Positions 18,847 to 29,094 are shown, numbered from the stretch's first letter. The stretch: DNA of 64,000 nucleotides from Patescibacteria group bacterium (GCA_041662625.1 JBAZSB010000001.1:855710-919709); one strand, 5' to 3'. Numbers and translations are program-made. Notes: generated by a model not told the origin, from the sequence alone.

Positions 18847-21072
18847 ATGATTAAATGGGTTAATTTTTTACATATCTACCAGCCGCCCTACCAAGAACTG
18901 GGATTAATCCAAACTATCGCCCGCGAAAGTTATTGGCCGCTGATTGAAACTTTGAAAGGGAACAAAGAAGCTAAAATTACCTTAAACTTTTCCGGCTGTC
19001 TTTTGGAACACTTGCATAATGTCGGCGAAGAAAAATTAATCGAGGAATTTAAAAATCTGGTGGCGGCTAATCAAATTGAATTAGTCGGTTCCGCCCGCTA
19101 CCACCCAATCCTGCCGCTTCTGCCGACCAAAGAAATTAAAAGGCAAATTTTTCTTAATGAACAGATTTTAAAACGGGATTTTGACCAATACTACAAACCG
19201 ACTGGCTTTTTTCTGCCGGAGATGGCCTATAGCTTAAAAGTAGCAAAAATCATCAAAGAGTTGGGTTATAAATGGATAATTATTGACGAAATCGCTTACC
19301 AGGGACAATTGGGTCTGGTTGATTTTAATCATAAATATAGAATTAAAGGGGTGGGGTTAAACGTGGTTTTTCGCAACCGCAGTATTTCTAAAACTTTCGT
19401 GCCGGAAAAAATTATTGAATTGGCCAAAAAAAGCAACCCACCGGCTTACATTGTTTCCGCCACTGACGGCGAAATGTACGGCCATCACCATCATGATGGT
19501 CAAAATCTTTTTGAGGAAGCCTTAAAAAATCCTCAGATAAAAACTTTAACCATATCAGAATATCTTAATTCATTACCGGCCAAATCAGAACTGATTAATC
19601 CCCTCAGTTCCTCTTGGGAAAGTATACCCCAGGAGCTGAAAAGAAAATTGCCTTTTGCCCTCTGGCAGGACCCAAAAAATAAAATTCACCAAAATCTCTG
19701 GGAACTGAGAAAAATTGCCATTCGCTTAATAAACAAAAGTAAAGAAGAAGGGACTAATTATGATTGGGCAAGACATCATCTTGATCGCGGACTAGCCAGT
19801 TGCGCTTGGTGGTGGGCGGCGGATAAAAAATTGGATATTTTCAATTTTGTAACTTGGAATCCCGATACCATCGAAAAAGGAATTAGGGAATTAATTTCGA
19901 GTATCCGGTCATTAAAAAATGTCTCCCAGAAAACTAAGTTAAAAGCCGAAAAATACTACCATCTTCTGATTAAAGAAATCTGGAAAAAACACTGGAAAAA
20001 ATACCACAAAACCCAAACCGCAGAAACAAAAATGCCAGCGGAAATCAGACGAGGGCTTTCTTTATTAAATCAAAATTCCTTGATTGAACTTTTTCAAAAA
20101 AAATTACCGCCTGAACTGATCGGCAACGAAAAAATCGACTATATCGCCATTAAAGTCTTCAAAGAAAAAATTGGCCGGACCTCTTTTTATCACATTGTCG
20201 GCCGCTACCGCCTCCACTTCAAAAATAATAAAATTAAGCCGCTGACTATTTTTTGTAATGCCAATTCCAAAGAATCGCGCCAAGGCGCTTTTTTGGCCAT
20301 GCAATATCTTTGGGAAAATAATTCCTCCTGGGGCAGGCTAAAATCACCCCGGCCACTTTTTTATAATAAAAAACTGAAAGCCATGTTTTATCTTGAGGCT
20401 TCAGGCAAAAATCTTTACCATTATCTGATTAACCCGCAGACTGAATTCAAAAAACTGGAGCATATCGTTGAACTGACGGCTCGATGGCTTGGCCGTCTTC
20501 ATTCCCTGCCCACAATCGGAATTATCAATTTCAATCCAATCCAAAGCAAAGTGGCAACGGTTTTGCCCGGACCAAAAAAATTCCTAAAAATTATTGAGGA
20601 AAAACATTCCCAATACCCAAAATATTACCAATGGACCAATGAGCTATTCAATAAAATCAACGAGCTGGAGAAAAAAAATAAGAACAAAAGAAAATATATT
20701 ATCCACGGCGATATCCATCCGGAGAACGTCGTCTATAATGAAAATAAAGATACTTTATACCTGATCGATTATACGGACTGCTGCCTGGCAGATTTCACCC
20801 GCGACTTAGGCAATTTCCACCAGCAATTAGGCTATATGGCTCAAAATCATCTAACGCCGGAGCAAATTGAACAGCTCCAAAAAGTATTTCTTGATTCTTA
20901 CCTCCGGGCCAGAAATATGAAACTTTCCGCTCAAGATAAAAAGAATTTTGAATTATACAAAGCCTGGACGGCTTTACGTAGCGCCATTTTCTTTTTAACC
21001 ATCCCGATGTTTGATCGGCCCCGGGCCGACGCTTTATTCATTGAAGCCCGCGCTTATCTGAAAAAAACATAA
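18847..21072 (+). CDS. GH57 glycoside hydrolase fused to an APH/choline-kinase-like phosphotransferase domain
   Basis: N-terminal HIYQP, FLPEMAY, TDGEMYGHH (GH57); C-terminal LGRLH, IHGDIHPENV, LIDY, DLG (APH-like). Confidence 0.8.
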   Translation: MIKWVNFLHIYQPPYQELGLIQTIARESYWPLIETLKGNKEAKITLNFSGCLLEHLHNVGEEKLIEEFKNLVAANQIELVGSARYHPILPLLPTKEIKRQIFLNEQILKRDFDQYYKPTGFFLPEMAYSLKVAKIIKELGYKWIIIDEIAYQGQLGLVDFNHKYRIKGVGLNVVFRNRSISKTFVPEKIIELAKKSNPPAYIVSATDGEMYGHHHHDGQNLFEEALKNPQIKTLTISEYLNSLPAKSELINPLSSSWESIPQELKRKLPFALWQDPKNKIHQNLWELRKIAIRLINKSKEEGTNYDWARHHLDRGLASCAWWWAADKKLDIFNFVTWNPDTIEKGIRELISSIRSLKNVSQKTKLKAEKYYHLLIKEIWKKHWKKYHKTQTAETKMPAEIRRGLSLLNQNSLIELFQKKLPPELIGNEKIDYIAIKVFKEKIGRTSFYHIVGRYRLHFKNNKIKPLTIFCNANSKESRQGAFLAMQYLWENNSSWGRLKSPRPLFYNKKLKAMFYLEASGKNLYHYLINPQTEFKKLEHIVELTARWLGRLHSLPTIGIINFNPIQSKVATVLPGPKKFLKIIEEKHSQYPKYYQWTNELFNKINELEKKNKNKRKYIIHGDIHPENVVYNENKDTLYLIDYTDCCLADFTRDLGNFHQQLGYMAQNHLTPEQIEQLQKVFLDSYLRARNMKLSAQDKKNFELYKAWTALRSAIFFLTIPMFDRPRADALFIEARAYLKKT

Positions 21073-21075
21073 GTT

Positions 21076-22095
21076 ATGAAAATCGCTCACCTCCATGTCT
21101 GGGATAAAAAAAATAAAGGTGACCAAAGTATTGTTTTAGCGGTTCAACAATTGCTAAAAAAACACTTAGCCGGGGTTGAAATTATTGATTTGCCCCTGGA
21201 AGTTCTGCGCGACGGGAAAACCAAAGATTTTAAAAGAATTAACCAAGCTGATTTAGTTGTTATTGGCGGCGGCGGGATTTACTACCGCTGGTTTTTGCCT
21301 TTTGACCCAAAAAAAATCAGCCAAATTAAGCCGCCGATTGTTATTTTCGGCGTTGGCTATATCCGCGAAATCGGTTCACCGCCTTTAACTAAAAAAGAGA
21401 TTGAAAGTATTGCTTTTTTGAACCAAAAAGCCGTTTTAAGCTCGGTTCGCGATTATTACACCAAAAAATTTTTGCTTAAAGCCGGAGTAAGACCAAAAAA
21501 AATCCAAGTAATCGGCGATCCCGCCATTTTTTTGACCGAAACTAAACCACCAAAAATCAACTTAAGTAATCGCCCAAAAATCGGTCTTAATCTCAATTAT
21601 TCCGGCTGGCTGGGCTTTGGCCGCTACGAAAAAGATATCATCCGTTCCTACAATGAAACCGGCAATTACTTTCAGAAAAAATACGGGGCGGAGATTTATT
21701 ATCTCCAGCATCACCCGGATGAAAAAAAGATCAGGCCAAAACTCCTAATCCCCCACTTACATTTAATTAACTACTCGGTTGAGCAGCAAAAGTATATTTA
21801 TGGTAAAATGGATTTAGTGATTGGGATGATGCTTCATTCAGCCGTCTTAGCCTTCGGAGCCGGAACCCCAGAAATTAATGTGGCCTATGATTTGCGGAAT
21901 CGCAGTTTTGCCAATTTCATCGGCTGCCCGGATTTAGTAATTAGTTCCAAAAACCTCAAGGGTCAAGCCCTACTTAATAAAGCTAAATTAATTTTTAAAA
22001 ATCGCCAAAAATATCGCCAAAAATTCAAAAGCCGCAAGGAAAAAATTTGGCAAAAGCAGCAAAAATTTTTAAATCAAATGAAAAAATATGATTAA
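21076..22095 (+). CDS. Polysaccharide pyruvyl transferase family protein
   Basis: NKGD, IGGGGI, SVRD, GDPA, GMMLHSAV. Confidence 0.85.
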   Translation: MKIAHLHVWDKKNKGDQSIVLAVQQLLKKHLAGVEIIDLPLEVLRDGKTKDFKRINQADLVVIGGGGIYYRWFLPFDPKKISQIKPPIVIFGVGYIREIGSPPLTKKEIESIAFLNQKAVLSSVRDYYTKKFLLKAGVRPKKIQVIGDPAIFLTETKPPKINLSNRPKIGLNLNYSGWLGFGRYEKDIIRSYNETGNYFQKKYGAEIYYLQHHPDEKKIRPKLLIPHLHLINYSVEQQKYIYGKMDLVIGMMLHSAVLAFGAGTPEINVAYDLRNRSFANFIGCPDLVISSKNLKGQALLNKAKLIFKNRQKYRQKFKSRKEKIWQKQQKFLNQMKKYD

Positions 22096-23026
22096 ATCTG
22101 AACTTCGCAAAGACTATATCCAAGAAAAATATGTTATCATTGCCCCCAAACGCGGCAAACGGCCTCATGATGTTGAGCGGCCCGAACGGCTGGTACCATT
22201 AAAAAAACGAGAGTGCGTTTTTTGCCCGCAGCGGATTGATAAAGCCAGTAAAGTTCTACTCACTGTTTCACAAACTAAAGAAAAAAAAGAACCTTGGGCA
22301 ATAAAAGTGATTGCTAATAAATTCCCTTCCGTCAGTCGAGCTAACTCTAAAGCTTATGGCCAGCAAGAAGTGGTGATTGAAACTCCCGGCCACCAAGAAG
22401 AAATTGAGGATTTAAGCACGGCCCGGGTAGCCGAAATCCTCAAAGTCTATGCTGACCGAACCAAAGTAATTTCACAGGATAAAAAAATAAATTACATTTT
22501 AATTTTTAAAAATAATGGTGGTGCTGCCGGAGCATCGCTAATGCATGCCCACTCCCAAATTTTTGCCACCGAATTTCTCCCGCCTAACCTAAAAGATAAA
22601 TCCCAGCGGGTTCAGGAATATAAACTAAACCATGGCTCTTGTGTTTATTGCGACGTGATTAAAAAAGAAATAAAAGGACCCAGACGGGTATTTGAAGATA
22701 AAAATATGATTGCTTTTTGCCCTTGGGCACCAATGCATAACTACGAAATTTGGTTAATGCCTAAACGGCACTTAGATAATATCACGTTCTTGACTCCGGC
22801 CGAGCGGCTGAGTTTTGCCAAAATCCTAAAAAAGATTTTGAAGAAAATTAACCAACTGGACTTACCTTATAACTACTACTTCCATCAGGTAGTCAAAGAC
22901 CAGGACCAGCACTTGTATATAAAAATCACGCCGCGCGGCAGTGTCTGGGCCGGCGTAGAAATTGGTTCAGGATTAATTATCAACCCAGTTTCACCCGAAG
23001 AAGCCGCCAAGTTTTACCGGAAATAG
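22088..23026 (+). CDS. GalT-like (HIT family) nucleotidyltransferase
   Basis: RGKRP, CVFCP, NKFP, GASLMHAHSQ, CVYC, AGVEIGSG. Confidence 0.88.
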   Translation: MIKSELRKDYIQEKYVIIAPKRGKRPHDVERPERLVPLKKRECVFCPQRIDKASKVLLTVSQTKEKKEPWAIKVIANKFPSVSRANSKAYGQQEVVIETPGHQEEIEDLSTARVAEILKVYADRTKVISQDKKINYILIFKNNGGAAGASLMHAHSQIFATEFLPPNLKDKSQRVQEYKLNHGSCVYCDVIKKEIKGPRRVFEDKNMIAFCPWAPMHNYEIWLMPKRHLDNITFLTPAERLSFAKILKKILKKINQLDLPYNYYFHQVVKDQDQHLYIKITPRGSVWAGVEIGSGLIINPVSPEEAAKFYRK

Positions 23027-23044
23027 GGTTATAGTAGATGAGCT

Positions 23045-23071
23045 AAAAAATCGCCTAAGAGGCGATTTTTT
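23045..23071. terminator. Intrinsic terminator (bidirectional geometry)
   Basis: aaaaaatcgcct-aag-aggcgatttttt. Confidence 0.75.
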
Positions 23072-23088
23072 GATATAATGAGGATAAT

Positions 23089-23979
23089 ATGAACTACTAC
23101 ATTGGTGTGGATATTGGCGCCACAAAAATTGCTGCTGGTTTGATCTTGGGTGATAAAATCATTAAGCGGGCACAGCAAAAAACTGACGCTAAAAAGAGTA
23201 AGGCTCAGGTCTTGTCTAATATTGTTTCAGCTATTACTGAGGTTTACTTGCCAAAAGTTAAAGGTATTGGCGTTGGTATTGCTGGTGCAATTGACCCGCA
23301 AAATGGCATTGTTATTTCCAGCCCAAATTTCAACAAAAGTTTCAAAAATGTTGCTTTAGAAAATTACTTAGAGAAAAAATTTCATAAACCGGTCAGGCTT
23401 GAAAATGACACCCATTGTTTTACCTTGGGAGAAACCATTTACGGCCAAGCAAAAAAATATAAGCAAGTGATTGGTTTGACTTTAGGCACTGGCGTGGGTG
23501 GCGGCATTGTTCTGGATAAAAAGATTTATCACGGTAAAAATGGTCTGGCTGGAGAATTAGGCCACATGACCATTAAAGCCGGTGGCCTAACCTGCAGCTG
23601 TGGTCAAAAAGGACATTTAGAAATCTATGCTTCGGGCACCGCTATGGTTAAACTTTATGAGCAGCTAACCGGTCAAAAAAAAGATGCATTTTTTGTTGAA
23701 AAAAAGTTTCTGAAAAAGGATAAAAATGCCATCAAGGTCTGGCAAACTATGAGTGAAGCTTTAGCCACAGGTCTGGCAAATATCATTAACATTTTTAATC
23801 CGGAAATTATTATTTTAGGGGGCGGCTTATCCCGAGTTAATTCATTAGTGAACCCGGCAATTGAACTGGCAAGAAAAAAAGTAGTCTACCCCAAACTTAA
23901 TCAGACAAAAATTGTAATTAGTCGATTAAAAAGTGACGCCGCCCTTTTGGGTGCTGCCGCTTTATTTAAAAAGTTTTGA
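23089..23979 (+). CDS. ROK family sugar kinase (glucokinase-like)
   Basis: GVDIGATK, END, GTGVGGG, AGELGH, CSCG..GHLE. Confidence 0.92.
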   Translation: MNYYIGVDIGATKIAAGLILGDKIIKRAQQKTDAKKSKAQVLSNIVSAITEVYLPKVKGIGVGIAGAIDPQNGIVISSPNFNKSFKNVALENYLEKKFHKPVRLENDTHCFTLGETIYGQAKKYKQVIGLTLGTGVGGGIVLDKKIYHGKNGLAGELGHMTIKAGGLTCSCGQKGHLEIYASGTAMVKLYEQLTGQKKDAFFVEKKFLKKDKNAIKVWQTMSEALATGLANIINIFNPEIIILGGGLSRVNSLVNPAIELARKKVVYPKLNQTKIVISRLKSDAALLGAAALFKKF

Positions 23980-23987
23980 GATATCAT

Positions 23988-26903
23988 ATGCCTATTCCTG
24001 GTTTATCGGTCAGAACTAAATCGCCTCAAGATTGGCGGAAGAAAAGTTATTTTCGCCGCCACTTGCCCAAGCGGGGTTTTGGTAAAAAACCAATTTTTAC
24101 CGGCCGCCGGAAAAAATTACCTGCCAATCTAGTTAAAGCTGGCTTAACTTTAGGTGCCTTTGGTATTGCCTTTTTTGGTATTGTCAGTATTATCATGTTG
24201 GCTTGGATTGCCCGCGATTTACCCAATCCCAACCGAATTATTGACCGCTCAATTGCTTTGAGCACCAAAATTTATGACCGCACCGGTGAAACTTTGCTTT
24301 ATGATGTCCATGGCGATGAAAAAAGAACTTTTGTCAGCTTAACTGATATCCCAGAGAGTTTGAAAGAGGCTACACTAACGGCGGAAGACCGAAAATTTTA
24401 TGAGCATGGCGGCATCAGTATTACCGGTATCATCCGGTCCGTCATAAAAAATACTTTAACCGGCAGTAAAGTTGGCGGTTCAACTTTAACCCAACAATTG
24501 GTGAAAAATGCGATTTTAAGTCCGGAGAAAAAATACACCCGGAAAATCAAAGAAGTGATTCTGTCTTACCAGATTGAAAAAAAATTCAGCAAAGATGAAA
24601 TTTTACAGATGTATTTCAATGAAATCCCTTATGGTTCAGTGGCGTATGGGGCCGAAGCCGCCAGCCAAACTTATTTTGGCAAAGGTGTCAAAGGCCTCAG
24701 CTTAGCCGAAACAGCAATTTTAGCCGCCCTGCCCCAGGCCCCGACGTATTATTCGCCTTATGGCGGTCATATTGATGCCTTATTTGCCCGGCAGCACTGG
24801 ATTTTGGACAGTATGGCTGAACTTGGTTATATCACCGAGCAAGAAGCTGAGTTGGCCAAGGCGGAAAAAGTTGAATTCAAGAAACGATCAGAAAACATGA
24901 TGGCTCCCCATTTTGTCATGTACGTTAAGGAATATTTAACCGAAAAATACGGCGACTTGGTGGTTGAACAAGAAGGTTTGCAAGTAATTACCACCCTTGA
25001 TCTATATAAACAAAAAATTGCCGAGGAAGCAGTGGCCGAAGCTATAGAAAAAAATGTTAAAAATTATAACGCCAATAATGCGGCACTGGTGGCCTTAGAC
25101 CCCAAGAACGGCCAAATTTTAGCCATGGTTGGTTCCAAAGACTATTTTGCTGATCCTGCCCCAGAAGGCTGCACTCCGGGCAAAGACTGCGTCTTTGATC
25201 CCCAGGTCAACGCCGTTACCAGCCTGCGCCAGCCCGGTTCTTCCTTTAAACCAATTGTCTATACCGCCGCTTTCAAAAAAGGCTATACCCCAACTACTAT
25301 CCTTTATGATGTAGTAACAAAATTTTTAAATTACGACGGCAGAGACTACGAACCGAAAAACTATGATTTGAAAGAACACGGCCCAGTTACGATGAGGCAG
25401 GCCCTACAGGGTTCTTTAAATATCCCGGCAGTAAAAACCATTTACTTAACCGGGGTTGATAATGTCATTGATTTAGCCGAAGACTTGGGTTACACCAGTT
25501 TCAGAGACCGCAGCCGTTTTGGTCTTTCTTTAGTTTTGGGTGGCGGCGAAGTTAAGCTTTTGGAACATACGAACGCCTATGCGACTTTAGCCCGCGAAGG
25601 CGAATGGCACCCGCCAGTAGCAATTTTAGAAGTTAAAGATAAAGACGGTAATATTTTGGAAGAATACAAAAACAAAGAAAAGAAAGTTTTAGCCACCCAA
25701 ACCGCCCGCCAAATTAATAATGTGCTAACTGATAATGCTAGTCGCGCTTTTATTTTTGGTGAAAGTAATTATTTAACTTTGGGTGGCCGGCCTGTTGCCG
25801 CCAAAACCGGTACCACGAATGATTATCATGATGCCTGGACTTTGGGCTACACTCCATCTTTGGCCGTTGGCGTCTGGGTGGGCAATAATAATAACAGTGA
25901 AATGAAACGGGGCGCCGACGGCAGTATTGTCGCGGCTCCAATTTGGCATACTTTTATGCAACGGGTTTTGGGTGATACTCCGGCTGAAGGTTTTAAAGAA
26001 CCGGACGCGGTCCAAACCGATAAACCGGTTTTAAACGGCAGTATTGCTGAAGGCGTAAAAGTTAAAATTGATAAAACTACCGGTTTACTGGCCACTAATC
26101 TCACCCCGGAAAGCCAGGTGGAAGAAAAAACTTTCCGCCAAGTCCATTGTATTCTTTATTACATCAACAAAGACGACCCGCAAGGTAATTCAGCACCTGA
26201 CCTGAATGACCCACAATATCCACGCTGGGAGGAAGCGGTCCAACGCTGGGCCAAGGAAAATAATATCGTGTCCGAAAACCCGCCAACTGAATATGATACC
26301 ACTCATACCACGGCTGATCAGCCAAAAATTGAAATTGTTGCACCCGACTCTAACCAAACCATTACCAGTCGGGATTTCAAAGCTACAGTTACCACTTCGG
26401 CTCCCCGCGGCGTAACCCGAGTTGAATATTACCTCAATGATCAATTGCTGAAAAATGTCACCACTTCCCCTTTCAATCTTGAGGTGTTCCTCGAAGACCC
26501 TGGTCTCCGCAGCGGGTTTTATACTCTGAAAGCAATTGCCTATGATGATGTTGATAATAATAAAAGCGACCAGATTGAATTAAATTTTCAGCTCAAAGCC
26601 CTGCCTGCCGTCTTAGACTGGGTTAAGCCAACTGATAACCAAGACATAAAGACGAAAGATTTTCCTTACCCAATCAAAGTTAATTTAAATAATTCTTCAA
26701 ACATTCAAAAAATTGACCTTTATTATGAAACTACAGACGGTCAGGCCAACTACATTAATACTGTCCGCCAATTTTCCGATAGTCAATTAAATACCCAGTG
26801 GCTTTCCCCTCCCCCGGCTGGCACTTACAAGCTCTACGCCGAAATCACCAATAACGACGGCTACACCTACCGCGGCGGGGAAATCACGGTGACGGTTAAA
26901 TAA
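23988..26903 (+). CDS. Class A penicillin-binding protein (PBP1A) with C-terminal Ig-like domains
   Basis: EDRKFYEH, GGSTLTQQ, RKIKE (transglycosylase); SSFK, SLN, KTGT (transpeptidase); ATG 23988. Confidence 0.93.
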   Translation: MPIPGLSVRTKSPQDWRKKSYFRRHLPKRGFGKKPIFTGRRKKLPANLVKAGLTLGAFGIAFFGIVSIIMLAWIARDLPNPNRIIDRSIALSTKIYDRTGETLLYDVHGDEKRTFVSLTDIPESLKEATLTAEDRKFYEHGGISITGIIRSVIKNTLTGSKVGGSTLTQQLVKNAILSPEKKYTRKIKEVILSYQIEKKFSKDEILQMYFNEIPYGSVAYGAEAASQTYFGKGVKGLSLAETAILAALPQAPTYYSPYGGHIDALFARQHWILDSMAELGYITEQEAELAKAEKVEFKKRSENMMAPHFVMYVKEYLTEKYGDLVVEQEGLQVITTLDLYKQKIAEEAVAEAIEKNVKNYNANNAALVALDPKNGQILAMVGSKDYFADPAPEGCTPGKDCVFDPQVNAVTSLRQPGSSFKPIVYTAAFKKGYTPTTILYDVVTKFLNYDGRDYEPKNYDLKEHGPVTMRQALQGSLNIPAVKTIYLTGVDNVIDLAEDLGYTSFRDRSRFGLSLVLGGGEVKLLEHTNAYATLAREGEWHPPVAILEVKDKDGNILEEYKNKEKKVLATQTARQINNVLTDNASRAFIFGESNYLTLGGRPVAAKTGTTNDYHDAWTLGYTPSLAVGVWVGNNNNSEMKRGADGSIVAAPIWHTFMQRVLGDTPAEGFKEPDAVQTDKPVLNGSIAEGVKVKIDKTTGLLATNLTPESQVEEKTFRQVHCILYYINKDDPQGNSAPDLNDPQYPRWEEAVQRWAKENNIVSENPPTEYDTTHTTADQPKIEIVAPDSNQTITSRDFKATVTTSAPRGVTRVEYYLNDQLLKNVTTSPFNLEVFLEDPGLRSGFYTLKAIAYDDVDNNKSDQIELNFQLKALPAVLDWVKPTDNQDIKTKDFPYPIKVNLNNSSNIQKIDLYYETTDGQANYINTVRQFSDSQLNTQWLSPPPAGTYKLYAEITNNDGYTYRGGEITVTVK

Positions 26904-26974
26904 CTCGGGTATAAATGGGTTATAGTAAGCTATTTATTCAAAAAATATCTGGCATTTTAGCCAAAAAATCAACA

Positions 26975-26997
26975 GGTTCGTATAACCCTAGTTAGAC
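26975..26997 (+). mobile_element. attI-like integron recombination site
   Basis: ggttcgtataacccta-GTTAGAC. The GTTRRRY core at 26991-26997 has no attC arm upstream and nearly complements the first cassette end (ATCTAAC, 27758). Confidence 0.6.
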
Positions 26998-27021
26998 GAA
27001 ATTTTTGGCCACTAACCAATC

Positions 27022-27738
27022 ATGGCAAACAAAATCATCAAAAAATATAAGGTAACAAAAAAAGGTCTTGGCGGTACTATAGACAGACTAGCTGATGATT
27101 TATTACCTTTTGTGGCCAATGGCACAATTATCAACGGCGGCAACTTCCAAATCAGAGAAGGCATCTATAAAACTCATTATCTCGCCACCGCTACTTTTGA
27201 GGCTGCAACTTTATTGTATAAAAAATCTAAGACAAAAAATAAAAAAGTAACTCTGTCTTTTCTGATTGATAACTTCAGCATCCGCAATAAGGGCTTTAAG
27301 ATGCCAAAAGAGTACCTGAAAATTCAAAAAAAGTATAACATCAACCCTAAAAAAATTTTATATTTTAAAGAAAACCAACTTAGAAACCGAGCAGCTAGGA
27401 TTTTACTTAAACAACTTACCAAAAAAGAAGTTAACCAAGGTAGTATATTCATAAAAAGTAAACTACCGAAACAAAAGTTTGAAGTCGCAAGAATACATAA
27501 AATGCTTAAAATTTTTACACCACTTGGAACAGCACTATTGGCTCAACAACTTTTTGATAGTGAAAAACAAGGAAATAAAGTTGCCGTCAATTTAATGCAT
27601 GAAGGTTCTTATGAATCTAAGGGTGGTGCCAATGCTTTTGTTTATCACTTACTTGGCGGCAAAATGAAAGTGTTAAATGTATACTTTAGAGAAAAGGCAA
27701 AAAAGATTGAAATTGAGGTTACTTTTCATGATAAATAA
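27022..27738 (+). CDS. Hypothetical protein, cassette 1
   Basis: 238-aa Lys-rich ORF filling the interval between the attI-like core and attC1. Confidence 0.7.
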   Translation: MANKIIKKYKVTKKGLGGTIDRLADDLLPFVANGTIINGGNFQIREGIYKTHYLATATFEAATLLYKKSKTKNKKVTLSFLIDNFSIRNKGFKMPKEYLKIQKKYNINPKKILYFKENQLRNRAARILLKQLTKKEVNQGSIFIKSKLPKQKFEVARIHKMLKIFTPLGTALLAQQLFDSEKQGNKVAVNLMHEGSYESKGGANAFVYHLLGGKMKVLNVYFREKAKKIEIEVTFHDK

Positions 27739-27757
27739 GTAGGCGGCCAAAAACTCC

Positions 27758-27898
27758 ATCTAACACGTTTTATGTGGCTCGCCCTTTATTAAGAAATTCA
27801 GCTCGCCTACATCGCTCGTTTGTTTGTGTGGTTGCGCATCCGCGCAATTGTACCACACCACAAACGTCACGACGTCACATAAAACGGTAACGTTAGGT
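27758..27898 (+). mobile_element. attC site 1
   Basis: ATCTAAC...GTTAGGT; inner arms cgttttatgtg / cacataaaacg; 141 bp. Confidence 0.85.
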
Positions 27899-27978
27899 GA
27901 AATTGACTTTCCTAACTTAAAGAAAAAAGCCCGCCGATCAGAGTCCGTCGAGCTTGTATAATTGCATGGTACGAAAAA

Positions 27979-28167
27979 TCAGCTAAATAGCTTAATGAGC
28001 AAAATCACAAATATGAACGTGGCTGACCCTACTCCAGCCAGAATGCCAGCCCATGCAGTCCAAGGATTACTTTTTCTGGCAATATAACCAAGACGGAACA
28101 TGAGAAGACTCGCAATCAACTCAAGAATCCATTGCCCGGTAGTCAATGGCAATAACTGATCTTCCAT
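27979..28167 (-). CDS. Small two-TM protein, inverted cassette 2
   Basis: 62 aa; SD AAGGAGGTG upstream on the minus strand; TTGACA at 28231-28226. Confidence 0.65.
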   Translation of the reverse strand: MEDQLLPLTTGQWILELIASLLMFRLGYIARKSNPWTAWAGILAGVGSATFIFVILLIKLFS

Positions 28168-28254
28168 CTCACACCTCCTTTACCATGTTGGTACTTAGCT
28201 GAAGTTAATCACAAAATACCACTCTTGTCAACTATAAAACGGAAGGTCAATATC

Positions 28255-28414
28255 ACCTAACACGTTTTATGTGGTTCCCCTCTCGACTCACTTAAATTAA
28301 CCTGAAACATCGCTCGAGGTTCACCCAAATCGCTTGTCGTCTTAGGTGGTTGACTCCGTCAGATTATACCACCACGACGACTGCGCGACGTCACATAAAC
28401 CGGTAACGTTGTCG
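28255..28414 (+). mobile_element. attC site 2
   Basis: ACCTAAC (complement of the preceding GTTAGGT)...GTTGTCG; shares acgttttatgtgg and cgacgtcacataaa.cggtaacgtt with attC1; 160 bp. Confidence 0.85.
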
Positions 28415-28479
28415 GAAATTGGGTTGTTTTCCCCAACCACTATATACTATATAATCCACTTATAATTACTTAAATTGCT

Positions 28480-29094
28480 ATGGAACAAAAAAACAATGTA
28501 TGGACCATTACCCTCGCCATCATCATTGCTGCAGTTATTGTCGGCGGTGGATTTTATTATTGGCAACAATCACAGTTAGAATTAATGGATGAAGCGATTA
28601 CAGATTTAAAAAATGAAAATCAGGCCCTAACAAATAAGGCGACTCCAATAGAAAATGAAAATAATAATATTAGAATAAACCAACTCTTAACTTTAGATGC
28701 TAGTAGCACGTTATGTACTAAAAGTCCAACTACAGAATCAAGTGATATTGGTGGAGATTATACTATCTATCCGGTAGCAGATGAATACAAAACTACAGCT
28801 GACGATTATCATAATATTGCTGGTTTATTTACTGCTGCTGCTTGCGGTAAAGCACGCCTAAATGAACTTTTTGGTTCAAAAACTTTTCGCGATGTCGCAA
28901 TATTTACCCAAGATCCTAGCAGCAGTTTAATTGAGTACTTAAACAAAAATGGCTTTGCGTGCGATGATGATAAAATACCAGATAATCGTTGCAGTCGCTG
29001 GCATAATAATGGCCCAGTTCCCCTTGAGGTCCTGGTCGGGCTTAGAGAGTGGGCTACAATGATATACGGCTCAGATTGCACAGATTGCGGATAG
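28480..29094 (+). CDS. Membrane-anchored extracellular hypothetical protein, cassette 3
   Basis: N-terminal TM (VGGGFYYWQ), short coiled coil, Cys-containing ectodomain. Confidence 0.75.
   Translation: MEQKNNVWTITLAIIIAAVIVGGGFYYWQQSQLELMDEAITDLKNENQALTNKATPIENENNNIRINQLLTLDASSTLCTKSPTTESSDIGGDYTIYPVADEYKTTADDYHNIAGLFTAAACGKARLNELFGSKTFRDVAIFTQDPSSSLIEYLNKNGFACDDDKIPDNRCSRWHNNGPVPLEVLVGLREWATMIYGSDCTDCG

Noticed and set aside
23026-26927. 11-bp direct repeat gggttatagta after galT-like and after the PBP gene
   Set aside because: Short, and it flanks housekeeping genes with no other sign of mobility. Chance cannot be excluded.
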